Of a stretch of 64,000 nucleotides of DNA, positions 1 through 13,720 are shown one piece after another. A model generated the notes under the pieces. The model had not been told where the DNA came from, ran no database searches, and worked only from the letters and a program-made list of their open reading frames with translations. Origin of the DNA: Haliotis rufescens (taxonomy: Eukaryota); NCBI RefSeq assembly GCF_023055435.1, contig NW_025963791.1:29016001-29080000 (forward strand), written 5' to 3'. Position numbers and translations under genes: made by a program. Within the stretch, counting starts at the first letter, position 1. Each line of letters starts with the position of its first letter.

Positions 1-34
1 TAACCAGCGCTCTTATTTCTGCCACTGCGACGGA

Positions 35-172
35 GGCGAGGTAGGCTTATAGATAAATTATTCGTTTTCCACGTCGAGGACACGCGTTCAGTTCCCCACA
101 TTTACAATTCTAAATCTGCTTCTGGTTTTTCTCGCCGTCATACTGCTGGAATACGGTAACAGTTCCCGCTCA
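35..172 (+). mobile_element. Degenerate SINE family A
   Basis: Residual similarity (TTCTGGT...CGCCGT.ATA.TGCTGGAATA). Confidence 0.5.
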
Positions 173-500
173 CCCCAATTCCTTGGCTTTCCCGTAAATA
201 CATGATGTTATTTCATTAATGAACGGGCCAAGTTAACTGATATTGTTACTTTTATAAATGTATTAGTTATTCTCATATTAAAGAATAAACATTATTAAGG
301 GGAAGTTCACACAAAAACTGAAACCTTCGTTCACTTAATGACGACAAAACAATTGAAATTTTTACAGTTTATGAAATACATATGTCAATATTTGTTTTAC
401 ATTTTACAAGAATGAAACCTGATTATAATGGCACAATTGGTTCCAAATGTGTACAACATGCATTTGTCAATTCCAGGCAAATAAAAAGACATTGCTTGAT

Positions 501-531
<31 letters not shown>

Positions 532-542
532 TCTCTCTCTCT
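501..542. repeat. Poly-C run plus (CT)n
   Basis: Direct reading. Confidence 0.9.
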
Positions 543-2440
543 TTCCCCGACCCCTGTTAATAAAATAAGAAAAACGTCCCCAGGGAATAACATGTGTTTA
601 GCAATTCGCCATTGCTACATCTAAACATCCTCATACTTGGAGCATAATGATGTCGTTTACAACTACAACCATTAAAACCACGACTGCGCCGACCGATTAC
701 ACGCTCAGCAACATCCTCCTTGTCGTCGTTGTGGGTTCAACATATAAATCCCTCTTCTGCTTCTACACACAGCTGTTTCATGTCTCAGATGACTGCTGAG
801 ATATATACAATGACATCAAGGTGGATGTGTCAAGTTTACATTTCACAGGTTGCTGATACAGGAATAAGTTTCCCATGTGTAATCTAGCATGTTATACACC
901 TGAATATGGTCACCACGGACTTATTTGTATAATCAAATCATACTACTCTAACACATATAACCTTTAAGGTTAAAAAGGACACATCCCGATCTCCAGTTAT
1001 CTTGTTCAACGCATTTCCCTTAAAGTGGGACTACGATCGAGCGAAGTGGCAGTCCACCAAGTTTTACTGAAGTTATATGGAATACGTGTTTGTTTCCGTT
1101 AGCTCCGGATTTATGATGAAGATAAAACAAACATATACTGATAACTTTATGACAAAGAGACAGTCTCGCAGGTTGACAAAGGACACCACTTACAACGTCT
1201 AGACACAAGGCCATGGAGCAACAGTCATAGCGTATACAATAACCAATAAAGATGGTTACGGATTAACTGAATTGCTTAGGTAGGGTACTGTATTTTATTA
1301 CTCATAGCACAATGTGGATTTATTAAAACCTTTCTTAAGTCATAACCCCTGAAGAAACCAAGACCTCTACTTGACTCTTTCAATCAAACCTCGCACCGAC
1401 CTTGGTTTTATATTCTTCAAGGTTCAGTGCAAACATTACTGGCTACTCAAGGTAAATACATGGAAATGGGAAACAATGTCATCAAAACCGTAGACACTAT
1501 AAGAAATAAAATATAGTTCATGTATGTGGAGTGTAATAATAATTGAGGTTCGTCACTCACGTATGTATTATACTGACATGTAGATGGCCTTTATTCTCAC
1601 AAGTACAAATCCACAGGCCCATGGGACATGTATCACAATGTATGTGCGCGAGGCTGTTCATACAGATTACTTTCTAACTGAGATATCATGATAAATAAAT
1701 ATTGATAAGTATATGACAATATCTGTATGGACTGATTTCATTAAGGCAAATTGATCTATATTTGGAAAACAAAATAGTACGGTTTTAGAAATGTGTTTTC
1801 TCAAGTTATTATTTTAAGAACAAACTAATAAAAAGTTATATTCATCCTCCACTGAATTTAAATAACATTGCATACACACCATCTAATTTATTACTGTATG
1901 CTAAAAGGCCTTGGTTATGGCGTACGTATTATGAAAGGAAAATAAACTTTTAATGTACAAACCCTATGTACTTGACGAAACAGCATTTTATGACCCAAAT
2001 GCCCTTTTGTGAATGTATCTATACTTTGATTGTCGACATGGAGTGGCTTAGTCAAGCTTTCTAAGCCTCGCTCTACGGCTGATGCTACACGTATCACAGT
2101 CCCGCCCGTTTCACGAACACCCGGAGGCGATACATTTATTGGTGATTTGTCAGTTTATTTTCTTGCGTTTGTTGTAAATTTTATGTGCATACCTTTACTC
2201 GTAGATATCGCCGAAACGGTAAACGTACAACATCTGCATTTTATATCGAGCTTCCAGCAAACACACCGTGATGTCAATGACCTACTGTTTATAGCGGCAT
2301 AAAACACAACCCACTCACTATTTTGTGTTTGTCTTTTGAAGCATCCATAACAGTATGCCACATATTAAATGTCTCAAGGGTATCCTTCGTGGGATTATTA
2401 AAACAAATGATTAAATCATAGTCTTTCATACATTTTAACC

Positions 2441-4615
2441 TGACAGCCATGTTACAGATCTGTTGACACAGTTGGTGTCCTGGCTCCGATCAATGCAACC
2501 AGTTCATGACAGCCATGTTACAGATCTGATGTCACAGTTGGTGTCCGGAATCAGATCAATGCAACCAGTTCTCCTGGCTCTGATCAATGCAACCAGGTCA
2601 TGACAACCATGTTACAGATCTGATGACACAGTTGGTGTCCCGGCTCCGATCAATGCAACCAGTTCGTGACAGCCATGTTACAGATCTGATGACACAGTTG
2701 ATGTCCTGGCTCCGATCAATGCAACCAGTTTATGACAGCCTTGTAACAGATCTGTTGACACAGTTGGTGTCCTGGCTCTGATCAATGCAACCAGTTCATG
2801 ACAGCCTTGTTACAGATCTGTGGACACAATTGGTGTCCTGGCTCTGATCAATGCAACCAGTTCATGACAGCCATGTTACAGATCTTTTGACACAGTTGGT
2901 GTCCTGGCTCTGATCAATGCAACCAGTTCATGACAGCAATGTTACAGATCTGTTGACACAGTTTGTGTCCGGAATCAGATCAATGCAGCCAGTTCATGAC
3001 AGCCTTGTTACAGATCTGTTGACACAGTTGGTGTCCTGGCTCTGATCAATGCAACCACTTCATGACAGCCTTGTTACAGATCTGTTGACACAGTTGGTGT
3101 CCTGGCTCTGATCAATGCAACCAGTTCATGACAGCCTTGTTACAGATCTGTTGACACAGTTGGTGTCCAGAATCAGATCAATGCAACCAGTTCTCCTGGC
3201 TCTGATCAGTGCAACCAGTTCATGACAGCCATGTTACAGATCTGATGACACAGTTGGTGTCCTGGCTCCGATCAATGCAACCAGTTCGTGACAGCCATGT
3301 TACAGATCTGATGACACAGTTGATGTCCTGGCTCCGATCAATGCAACCAGTTTATGACAGCCTTGTTACAGATCTGTTGACACAGTTGGTGTCCTGGCTC
3401 TGATCAATGCAACCAGTTCATGACAGCAATGTTACAGATCTGTTGACACAGTTGGTGTCCTGGCTCTGATCAATGCAACCAGTTCATGACAGCCATGTTA
3501 CAGATCTGTTGACACAGTTCGTGTCCTGGCTCTGATCAATGCAACCAGTTCATGACAGCCTTGTTACAGATCTGTTGACACAGTTAGTGTCCTAGCTCTG
3601 ATCAATGCAACCAGTTCATGACAGCCTTGTTACAGATCTGTTGACACAGTTGGTGTCCGGAATCAGATCAATGCAACCAGTTCTCCTGGCTCTGATCAAT
3701 GCAACCAGTTCATGACAGCCATGTTACAGATCTGATGACACAGTTGGTGTCCTGGCTCCGATCAATGCAGCCAGTTCATGACAGCCATGTTACAGATCTG
3801 ATGACACAGTTGATGTCCTGGCTCCGATCTATGCAACCAGTTTATGACAGCCTTGTTACAGATCTGTTGACACAGTTGGAGTCCTGGCTCTGATCAATGC
3901 AACCAGTTCATGACAGCCTTGTTACAGATCTGTTGACACAGTTGGTGTCCAGAATCAGATCAATGCAACCAGTTCATGACAGCCTTGTTACAGATCTGTT
4001 GACACAGTTAGTGTCCTAGCTCTGATCAATGCAACCAGTTCATGACAACCTTGTTACAGATCTGTTGACACAGTTGGTGTCCGGAATCAGATCAATGCAG
4101 CCAGTTCATGACAGCCTTGTTACAGATCTGTTGACACAGTTGGTGTCCTGGCTCTGATCAATGCAACCAGTTCATGACAGCCTTGTTACAGATCTGTTGA
4201 CACAGTTGGTGTCCTGGCTCTGATCAATGCAACCAGTTCATGACAGCCTTGTTACAGATCTGTTGACACAGTTGGTGTCCGGAATCAGATCAATGCAGCC
4301 AGTTCATGACAGCCTTGTTACAGATCTGTTGACACAGTTGGTGTCCTGGCTCTGATCAATGCAACCAGTTCATGACAGCCTTGTTACAGATCTGTTGACA
4401 CAGTTAGTGTCCTGGCTCTGATCAATGCAACCACTTCATGACAGCCTTGTTACAGATCTGTTGACACAGTTGGTGTCCTGGCTCTGATCAATGCAACCAG
4501 TTCATGACAGCCTTGTTACAGATCTGTTGACACAGTTGGTGTCCGGAATGAGATCAATGCAACCAGTCCATGACTGCAAGGTTACAGATCTGTTGACACA
4601 GTTGGTGTACGGAAT
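2441..4615. repeat. Minisatellite, 66-bp unit, ~32 copies, with three 28-bp partial units
   Basis: Unit TGACAGCCTTGTTACAGATCTGTTGACACAGTTGGTGTCCTGGCTCTGATCAATGCAACCAGTTCA. Confidence 0.97.
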
Positions 4616-5531
4616 TAAAAAAACATTATCGAAGGTTCCGTAAAATGATTGTCCCCATGTGTGACACTAATTCCTTTCATAATCAATGTAACTACCATCA
4701 CCCAGTGTCTTAAGCCAACGCGTTGCTCAGCATGTATTAAATATTGGATTGTATTGTGAATAACCACCAGTAGCTAAGTGATGACGTTAATCCTGCTGGG
4801 GTATTCTGCAGGAAGCTGAGGCACCGTAAGTTCCTATGACCACAAGCGAGGTGGTCCAACTTTGGTTGCTGGTGGCTTATAGTCCGTGTTTTAAACAGTT
4901 GTAAATGATATTGTTATGAGGAAATATGTTTGAAAAATTGTTTTTCAATATAACTTTGTATTTATGGCTCAATTGTTAAAAGATCAACTTGTTCTCGTCG
5001 CTTTCTGGCTGGAATAATGCCGATGCGACGTTAAAGTTTAACTCACTCACTCACATACCAACCCTTTTAAGAGCTGTTACCGTCAGAGTGTTTACCCCGG
5101 ACCAACTCCACCACCCAGCGCCACCTGCCACATATACAACACACGAGATATAACAGTGCCAAGGAGAAAGATCCCTGCAGAGCACACAAAGTAGACGAGA
5201 TCATGTATGATACATTGTACACTCTCGACGTTCCAGAACACTGTTTGCCGAGTCTAAACAATAGATAAAAATCCGCCAGCTCGTGGCATTTCACACCAAC
5301 GTCCAACATGGGACATACTCCAACTGTCACATTCATGTTCTTTATGACATGAGCTTAATCTATAGTTGATGGATATGGTTCAGGATGCTTTGAAGTTCGG
5401 GGACAGAGCTGTTTGTAACTACGTGTTTACTTGCCCAAACATTAATGTTCTACTATGAGTCTAACAGTTTAATACCTCCTCAACAATGACAGATGACGTT
5501 CAGGTGCTCGCGGCGCAGTCTTGGGGATATA

Positions 5532-5722
5532 CAGTCAGCTACGTTTGTAACGAACACGTTTGTAACGAACACGTTTATAACGAACTGACAGATATGACCA
5601 ACTTATGTTTTTGGTCACGGATATTTTCTGTATATATGCTGTACATATGCTTATAACGAACTACGGTTATAACGAACTAAAATCAGTGTCCCCTTTGAGT
5701 TCGTTATAACCATAGTTTACTG
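5532..5722. mobile_element. Same MITE family (left arm of the inverted repeat)
   Basis: TA-CAGT...ACTG-TA; internal 15-bp duplication. Confidence 0.8.
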
Positions 5723-5853
5723 TATACGATAACACATCGAATTATATCTTAATTTTACTGGGACAGACATATACCCTGGACCAATTCGGACAATATCCAT
5801 CTCTCCGTCACTTAACACAGCATGTCTCAAGCTCACGGCTGTCATTTTAATGA

Positions 5854-6015
5854 GGGGCGGTCGGGTAGCCTAGTGGTTAAAGCGTTCGCTTGTCACGCCG
5901 GTGACCCGGGTTCAATTCCCGACAAGGGTACAATGTGTGAAGCCATTTCTGGTGTCCCCTGCCGTGATATTGCTGGAATATTACTAAAAGCGGCGTAAAA
6001 CCATACTCGCTCACT
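5854..6015 (+). mobile_element. SINE family A (tRNA-Asp-like head, (ACTC)n tail)
   Basis: A box TAGCCTAGTGG, B box GGTTCAATTCC, TSD CATTTTAATGA. Confidence 0.9.
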
Positions 6016-7011
6016 CATTTTAATGAAGACTATTTATAGCGTCTTGTCTTTCGAATCGGGATCAAACCGAGGCTGTGATGTCGAACGGGTCCAGGGACGA
6101 AGGATACTCTGTACTGTAGATATAGTTATCTGCCCGCCTGTAGTGACATTGGAACTTGGTAAACTTTAATATAAATAGTTGTGTATTTACTATAAAATGT
6201 GCAAGGTGGACATTAAGTCTTAACATTATTCAAGTTTTTGCATGCCCTGACAGGTGTAGCCTTTGAGAGATGAGACATATTCGCGTCCAGTCCGCCTACT
6301 CGTGCTATCTTATATCTGCATCTCAGGTCGCGTTGTACACTCGACTGTAGCTCAAGCTATCACTGTTTCATACGACACCATCACCATCTAACTGAAATAG
6401 TTCTTCCATTGACTCTACCTAATCTCGCCTCATCACTTCTAATCCCCTACGTGAATCGTCGCCGGGGTCTTCTTTTTCGCCAATACTATTAAACAAGTAT
6501 GAGAGCAGTCACGCGTACTGATTGGCTGAGCGATAGAGGTGGCAGAGAGCAAATCAAGTTTGTCTTGGTTTTCAAGAAGAAGTCAATTGAAGTTGTAACC
6601 TACTTTTATTTCATACAAACATAAATACATTGCGTGTAATTGAATTTGTTAAAATGCTATACTTTCATATATTGCATGTTTTATTTCATGATACATGCAT
6701 ATTAATATTGATTACAGTACACATTTTGTGCAATAAGTATACATTTGCAGTACAATAAATATAAGTTATAGTTATATATCCATATCTATATCTATATCTA
6801 TTCCAATCATACATTGGCATACAAATTCATAGTCCCACAAAGTATGATACATCATTTGCATATAGGGTGGGGGTCTTAAGTTCAGCTAGTAGCTCTCTCT
6901 TCTGGTCAAGTTGGTCATCTAGGGTCTTACATATCATCTTTTCCCCCTCCAAATTGTCCCCCTCCAAATACTAACTTGCTTGTAAAGATTTCGCTGTGAC
7001 GTTGTTCCTGT

Positions 7012-7143
7012 TTCAAAACTCAGCCTCAGCCTCTTCCAGGGTATTCACCCATACAGCGTCGAAGTCTTGGGGTCTAACAAGGGGTGAGGCATAGGCTTGT
7101 CGAACAAAACTATTTCCTGCTGGATATGTCACAAATCGGGGAT
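7012..7143 (-). pseudogene. Possible Mutator-like (MULE) transposase relic
   Basis: Translates to ...NSFVRQAYASPLVRPQDFDAVWVNTLEE, resembling the FVRR..ALPLVP..V..VW...LE segment of MULE-domain proteins; short, recognised from memory only. Confidence 0.35.
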
Positions 7144-7297
7144 TTTAAAGTTTACCAAGTTCCAATGTCACTACAGGCGGGCAGATAACTATATCTACAG
7201 TACAGAGTATCCTTCATCCCTGGACCCGTTCGACATCACAGCCTCGGTTTGATCCCGATTCGAAAGACAAGACGCTATAAATAGTCTTCATTAAAAT

Positions 7298-7461
7298 GAG
7301 TGAGCGAGTATGGTTTTACGCCGCTTTTAGTAATATTCCAGCAATATCACGACAGGGGACACCAGAAATGGGCTTCACACATTGTTCCCATGTCGGGAAT
7401 TGAACCCGGGTCACCGGCGTGACAAGCGAACGCTTTAACCACTAGGCTACCCGACCGCCCC
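7298..7461 (-). mobile_element. SINE family A (inverted duplicate of the 5854 copy)
   Basis: Shares private variants with 5854-6015. Confidence 0.9.
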
Positions 7462-7594
7462 TTATTAAAATGACAGCCGTGAGCTTGAGACATGCTGTGT
7501 TAAGTGACGGAGAGATGGATATGGTGCGACTGGGTCTCAGGGTATATGTCTGTCCCAGAAAAAATTAAGATATAATTCGATGTGTTATCGTATA

Positions 7595-7770
7595 CAGTAA
7601 ACTATGATTATAACGAACTCAAAGGAGACACTGATTTTAGTTCGTTATAACCGCATTTCGTTATAAACATATGTACAGCATTTATACAGAAAATATCCGT
7701 GACCAAAACAATAAGTTCGTCATATCTGTCAGTTCGTTATAAACATGTTCGTTACAAACGAAGTTGACTG
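7595..7770. mobile_element. Same MITE family (right arm of the inverted repeat)
   Basis: TA-CAGT...ACTG-TA. Confidence 0.8.
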
Positions 7771-8091
7771 TATATCCTTAAGACTGCTCCGCGAGCATCC
7801 GAACGTCATCTGTCATTGTTGAGGAGTCCCCAAATCGTTGACTTCTGTAAATGGCTTGGCGGAAATGAAACATGCTTCCAGTCAGACGACTCTAGAATAC
7901 GTCATTGGCAGGTTTCTCGGTGGCAGTCTCAAAGTCGGTGATGACGAATGTGGGATCAAGGTGGTAGTCACGCCACTCTCACCTTGTCCATTACAGCCCT
8001 CTATCACATCTTATATAGTCCTTCATCTCTCCATCTTAATCCAACCCATCCCTCATTTTACCACATCACACCCTAACTCGTCCCTCATCTC

Positions 8092-8610
8092 GTCACACAT
8101 CTTAGTATATCACACCTCAACTCGTCACAGATCTCAGTATATCACACCTTAAATCGTCACACATCTCACTATATCACACCTCACCCTGTCACACATCTCA
8201 CTATATCTCACCTCAACTTATCACACATCTCACTACGTCATACTTCAACATGTCACAGATCTCACTATATCACACCTCAACTCGTCATTCATCTCACTAT
8301 ATCACACCTCACCCTGTCACACATCTCACTATATCATACCTCAAGCCGTCACACATCTCAGTATATCACACCTCAGCTCGTCACACATCTCACTATATAA
8401 CACCTCAACATGTCACACATCTCACTATATCACACCTCAATTTATCACACATCTCACTACATCACACCTCACCCTGTCACACATCTCACTATATCACACC
8501 TCAAGTCGTCACACATCTCACAATATCACTGCTCAACTCGTCACACATCTCACTACATCACACCTCACTCTGTCACACATCTCACTATATCACACCTCAA
8601 GTCGCACTTC
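8092..8610. repeat. Minisatellite, 32-bp unit, ~16 copies, decaying toward ~8760
   Basis: Unit GTCACACATCTCACTATATCACACCTCAACTC. Confidence 0.93.
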
Positions 8611-10708
8611 ATCACAGCATGTCAAAACTCACCTCGTGTTATTTCTCAACATATCACTTCTCAACTTCTCACTAATCTTATCGCATCACATCTTAACTCG
8701 TCACTTTTTTCAACACGTCACACTTCAACTCATTCCTTATCTCACCATATCACATCACAACCCGTCCATTACCTATTTATGACAAGTCTCTTGCCTTGTT
8801 CGGTACACAAAGCAACTGCACCTCTTTGTGTCTTATAAATATTTGTACTAACTTATTTTCTCAAGAAGCAGATGTAATATGACCAAGAAAGCTGCACCAG
8901 CACATATGAATCCAAGCTAGTTACATCGTGGAAGATGCATGCATAAGGTATACCTGTAACATAATTAGGTGTGCGGTAAGATACATTCATGAGAGACATG
9001 AGTTGATGTACTCTCTATGTTAGTTTATGCTCCCTGATCTTACGCATGCATGCTATGGTCCTACTCGGTAAGAATACCACAGTTAGGCATTTGTCCACTT
9101 CATTCCAAAGCATATGACAGAAATCAAGCTTAGGGTTATTCCCCAGACCTATTTCATAATACGTAAATATCCGGAGAATGGCGCATTACATAACTAATTT
9201 GAGACACAAAATTGCGGTAAATATGCTGCAAATGTAATGCCAACAGTTCGGCAATTCGAGCGAGGAACATGAGAAATGAACCTTACATGTTAGTGGGGTA
9301 CATTGAAAATAATATTTCTTTTTATGCATAAACTAGAGATACCCGTTCTTTATATTGAACATAACGAGTATTAACTCTATATGTTACATCGACAAGGATA
9401 ACACATTATAAAAAGCGTGTTTTTCTATCTCAGTTAGAAATCCTTAAATTGTTTGTTTTACCAACCAGGCTTGCTCGAAAGCACAAATAATCATGTTCCA
9501 CAATAAAGCAATCGTTAATTCGTGGATAATATACCATTAGTCGCTGAGGCGCCCAAACCAGTTCCACCATGCCACGTTGAATCTGTTCAAGAGGCTGACT
9601 TAGGCTTTAAGGGGTTAACGGACAATACATGGTCAATGCATGGCCATGATCGACAAACAATCCACCCATTTATGATAATTACAGCACCTAATGGAGACCC
9701 AGCGTTTGAGGGGCAATACCTACTTGAATATGACTTTATGAAGAGTTTGTGTACATACAATTGACGTTTGAAATATGACGATATCTAGGGTAAATCGTGT
9801 AAACATATTTTGCATAGCCTAAGCCGTGCCTACAAAAGTAATATCACACAGTATCTCCGGGTCTGATTACTGAAAGGTTTATTAGTTATTTGTGTAATTT
9901 CTCCTGACAAAATGATATATATTTACCTATTCAAATAATAAATGTCGAGGAGATATTTAACATGTAAACATGTTATACGAACCCATTTTGTATTTCAAAA
10001 GGGTAGAGACATTGTCAATGTATAAAACAGTAAACATGTCTACATTAAAATACCTTTATGTACGTGCACAAAGGAGAGCTTAGTTTTTTATATATTATGT
10101 TCATGATATAATATCTAACTTTTTGTACTGAATCTGAAGGCGAAAATACAAAAAATACAATTCGTACGTTGTTATTTTGACAACTATCGTGAAATAACTA
10201 GTTAACTATGAAATTATTTTTTCGCTTCTTATTACATAAATATGTTATACATAAACACATTTTATACAAGTGACAAAACCCTTGATTGTAAACAAGTAAA
10301 GATCCCAACACTAATTTATCCATGTACATAATAAACAACACGATAACAGCAATTGCAAACATAAACTGAGTGATAAAAGAGTTTGAATGAAAGAAATGTT
10401 GATGAATTTACTTATGTCTATTTAACCATCACTCATTCCCACAACGGTTTGTAAAAAGTAATTTGTGGCTGGGTAATTTTGTGTAAAACTAATTTGATTC
10501 AATGAAGGTGAGTGAAAGAAATTCAAATGAGTGGTATAGATTCATTTGTTCCTCTGTTTCTGATAAAATTAACTGAAAGGTATAGTTTCTGTTGCTGCTC
10601 AGTGTATGATAAAATATAGGGGAAGCCATAGTTTCTTTTGCTCCTAAGTTTGTATGTAAATTAATACTATACAATTGTATTCATTTGATCCATTGCACCT
10701 CAGGTTTT

Positions 10709-11850
10709 GATAAAATCAACTGAGAGCTCGGTATAATAGTTTCTGTTACTCCTCAGTTAATGATATGATCAAATGAGAGGCCATAGTTTCTTTACATCCA
10801 CAGTATATGATAAAATCAACTGAGAGCTCGGTATAATAGTTTCTGTTACTCCTCAGTTAATGATATGATCAAATGAGAGGCCATAGTTTCTTTACATCCA
10901 CAGTATATGATAAAATCAACTGAGAGCTCGGTATAATAGTTTCTGTTACTCCTCAGTTAATGATTTGATCAAATGAGAGGCCATAGTTTCTTTACATCCA
11001 CAGTATATGATAAAATCAACTGAGAGCTCCGTATAATAGTTTCTGTTACTCCTCAGTTAATGATTTGATCAAATGAGAGGCCATAGTTTCTTTACATCCA
11101 CAGTATATGATAAAATCAACTGAGAGCTCGGTATAATAGTTTCTGTTACTCCTCAGTTAATGATATGATCAAATGAGAGGCCATAGTTTCTTTACATCCA
11201 CAGTATATGATAAAATCAACTGAGAGCTCGGTATAATAGTTTCTGTTACTCCTCAGTTAATGATATGATCAAATGAGAGGCCATAGTTTCTTTACATCCA
11301 CAGTATATGATAAAATCAACTGAGAGCTCGGTATAATAGTTTCTGTTACTCCTCAGTTAATGATTTGATCAAATGAGAGGCCATAGTTTCTTTACATCCA
11401 CAGTATATGATAAAATCAACTGAGAGCTCGGTATAATAGTTTCTGTTACTCCTCAGTTAATGATATGATCAAATGAGAGGCCATAGTTTCTTTACATCCA
11501 CAGTATATGATAAAATCAACTGAGAGCTCGGTATAATAGTTTCTGTTACTCCTCAGTTAATGATTTGATCAAATGAGAGGCCATAGTTTCTTTACATCCA
11601 CAGTATATGATAAAATCAACTGAGAGCTCGGTATAATAGTTTCTGTTACTCCTCAGTTAATGATTTGATCAAATGAGAGGCCATAGTTTCTTTACATCCA
11701 CAGTATATGATAAAATCAACTGAGAGCTCGGTATAATAGTTTCTGTTACTCCTTAGTTAATGATTTGATCAAATGAGAGGCCATAGTTTCTTTACATCCA
11801 CAGTATATGATAAAATCAACTGAGAGCTCGGTATAATAGTTTCGGTTGCT
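10709..11850. repeat. Near-perfect 100-bp tandem array, 11 full copies plus a partial copy
   Basis: GATAAAATCAACTGAGAGCTC recurs at 10709, 10809 ... 11809. Confidence 0.97.
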
Positions 11851-12569
11851 CTTCGGTTTTATGTAAAGTACATAATTATATTCATCCCATCCATTCTGTT
11901 CACAGACCGTCGATACATACCGCCGGCTAGGTAGACACACATTGATTAATACTATTTGTTCTATTAATAAGGTGGTGACACATATACCTGACCCCTTAAG
12001 CTGATTTCAGGTGTTGATCTTCACATCATTTGAAAAGATTAGTTTGAAAACTAAAGTCGAGATTGATGAATATGCCTTTTGCTGTTGTAAAATTATTGCT
12101 AAGAATATCCAAGTCTCAGTTGCATGCAACAAAAATACAGTTCATGCAGTGAATAATTCATGATTGCTTTTCAAGATGCATCGTGATCGTTAAACCTGTG
12201 TGTTGCCTGACAATGAATACAATAAACAAGACTCAGGATACACATGTCATCACTGCGTGGTACGACTCAATGCTTGTACATGCAGTGTGATATGTGAGTA
12301 ACACCGAGAACCCGGATACTAACATAATTATATATTGTGTCACGGGTGGTGGGGGTTTATTACACTTAGTCATACGTGTACGTGGATTAGATACCGGATG
12401 CCAGTCCTATACGATGTAGCACATAAGTGTTCGCTGTTCTCTTTAACCCTCGGTTTTCTGGCTTGACGTGGGAAACGATTAATATGAAATGGGGGCTGTG
12501 TTGGGACAAGGGTGAAGTAGATGGTTGCTCTTGCTATTAACCACATGTTTGACATATTTGATATTATAA

Positions 12570-12716
12570 NNNNNNNNNNNNNNNNNNNNNNNNNNNNNNN
12601 NNNNNNNNNNNNNNNNNNNNNNNNNNNNNNNNNNNNNNNNNNNNNNNNNNNNNNNNNNNNNNNNNNNNNNNNNNNNNNNNNNNNNNNNNNNNNNNNNNNN
12701 NNNNNNNNNNNNNNNN
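12570..12716. other. Assembly gap (N run)
   Basis: Ns. Confidence 1.
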
Positions 12717-13006
12717 AACAAAATTCAGTCGTGATAGAAGATTCCAAAAGTGTGAGAACACAATCTCCTAAATCTGCATACACATATCAACATATGAAAC
12801 AGAAGAAGCGGTTTCACTGGTCTCTTTTCTTTCTAGAAAAGGTGGGTAAATCAGCGGAAGTGAATAGGCCAGTTTGACTGGTATTGAACTTTATGAGGCC
12901 TTGTGAAACTTTAGTATTTCGTTGTATGTGTGCCGATTGTTTAACCTAGTTATATAATCGGCAAAGGAATATATTTAGATATGATTGTCATTTATTACAA
13001 TATTGG

Positions 13007-13262
13007 TTTGGTTTGGTTGGTTTGTTGTTTAACGCCGCACTCAGCAATATTCCAGTTATATGACGGCGGTCTGTAAATAATCGAGTCTGGACCAGACAAT
13101 CCAGTGATTGATATTATGAGCATCGATCCACGCAATTGGGATCGATGGCATGCATCAACCAAGTCAGTCGCCTGACCACCCGATCCTGTTAGTCGCCTTT
13201 TATGACAAGCATAGTCACCTTTTACGGCAAGCATGGGTTGCTGAAGACCTATTCTACCCCGG
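13007..13262 (-). mobile_element. Family B retroposon (no tRNA head; tail shared with families A and C)
   Basis: Matches 40123-40383 and 18762-18977. Confidence 0.85.
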
Positions 13263-13499
13263 TACAATATCTGACGCTGTTGCTCGATTCTATCACACTC
13301 CATCACAGGATCTATGTACTGCATGCCCTCGTGTTATTTGATATCCACGTATATACAGTATAGAGAGTTATATTACATTAATGCCATGAAAATGCATACA
13401 GAGCAATACATTCTAGATAAACGAGAACCACTGAGGATGTTCCTCTGGAAATTGTGTTCACTTTCAGTTCCTGGTTGAGGACACAGTTGAGGCGGCGCC

Positions 13500-13720
13500 G
13501 TGACATAGTTGAGACGTTCATTATAATTGAAACGTCAACGTGACTTAGATAACACGTGACCCTTACATAGCTCAAACGTTACCATTATATAGCTGAAATG
13601 TCAAAGTGAGACAGCTGAAATATCACCGTACCACAGCTGAAACGACGTTGTAACATGTCACCATGTCCCAGTTGAAATGTCAATGTGGCAACCCTGAAAT
13701 GTCAACGAAATTGCAGTGGT
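13500..13720. repeat. Degenerate ~22-bp tandem repeat (CAGCTGAAATGTCA core)
   Basis: Recurrent (A/C)AG(C/T)TGAAA(T/C)GTCA motifs. Confidence 0.55.

Larger units (their letters stand above)
5476..7826. repeat. Long inverted repeat: arms 5476-6169 and 7145-7826, 975-bp spacer
   Basis: The arms are reverse complements, including unique sequence, a MITE and a SINE with its TSD. Confidence 0.92.

Noticed and set aside
2587-3893. Repeated 64-aa ORFs in the 66-bp (22-codon) array as a repeat protein
   Set aside because: The consensus unit has a stop codon in all six frames; the ORFs arise only from variant units
8250-8838. His/Thr/Ser-rich ORFs
   Set aside because: Translation of a 32-bp G-poor minisatellite whose unit length is not a multiple of 3
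12370-12877. ORFs spanning N runs (also 63460-63798)
   Set aside because: Artefacts of assembly gaps
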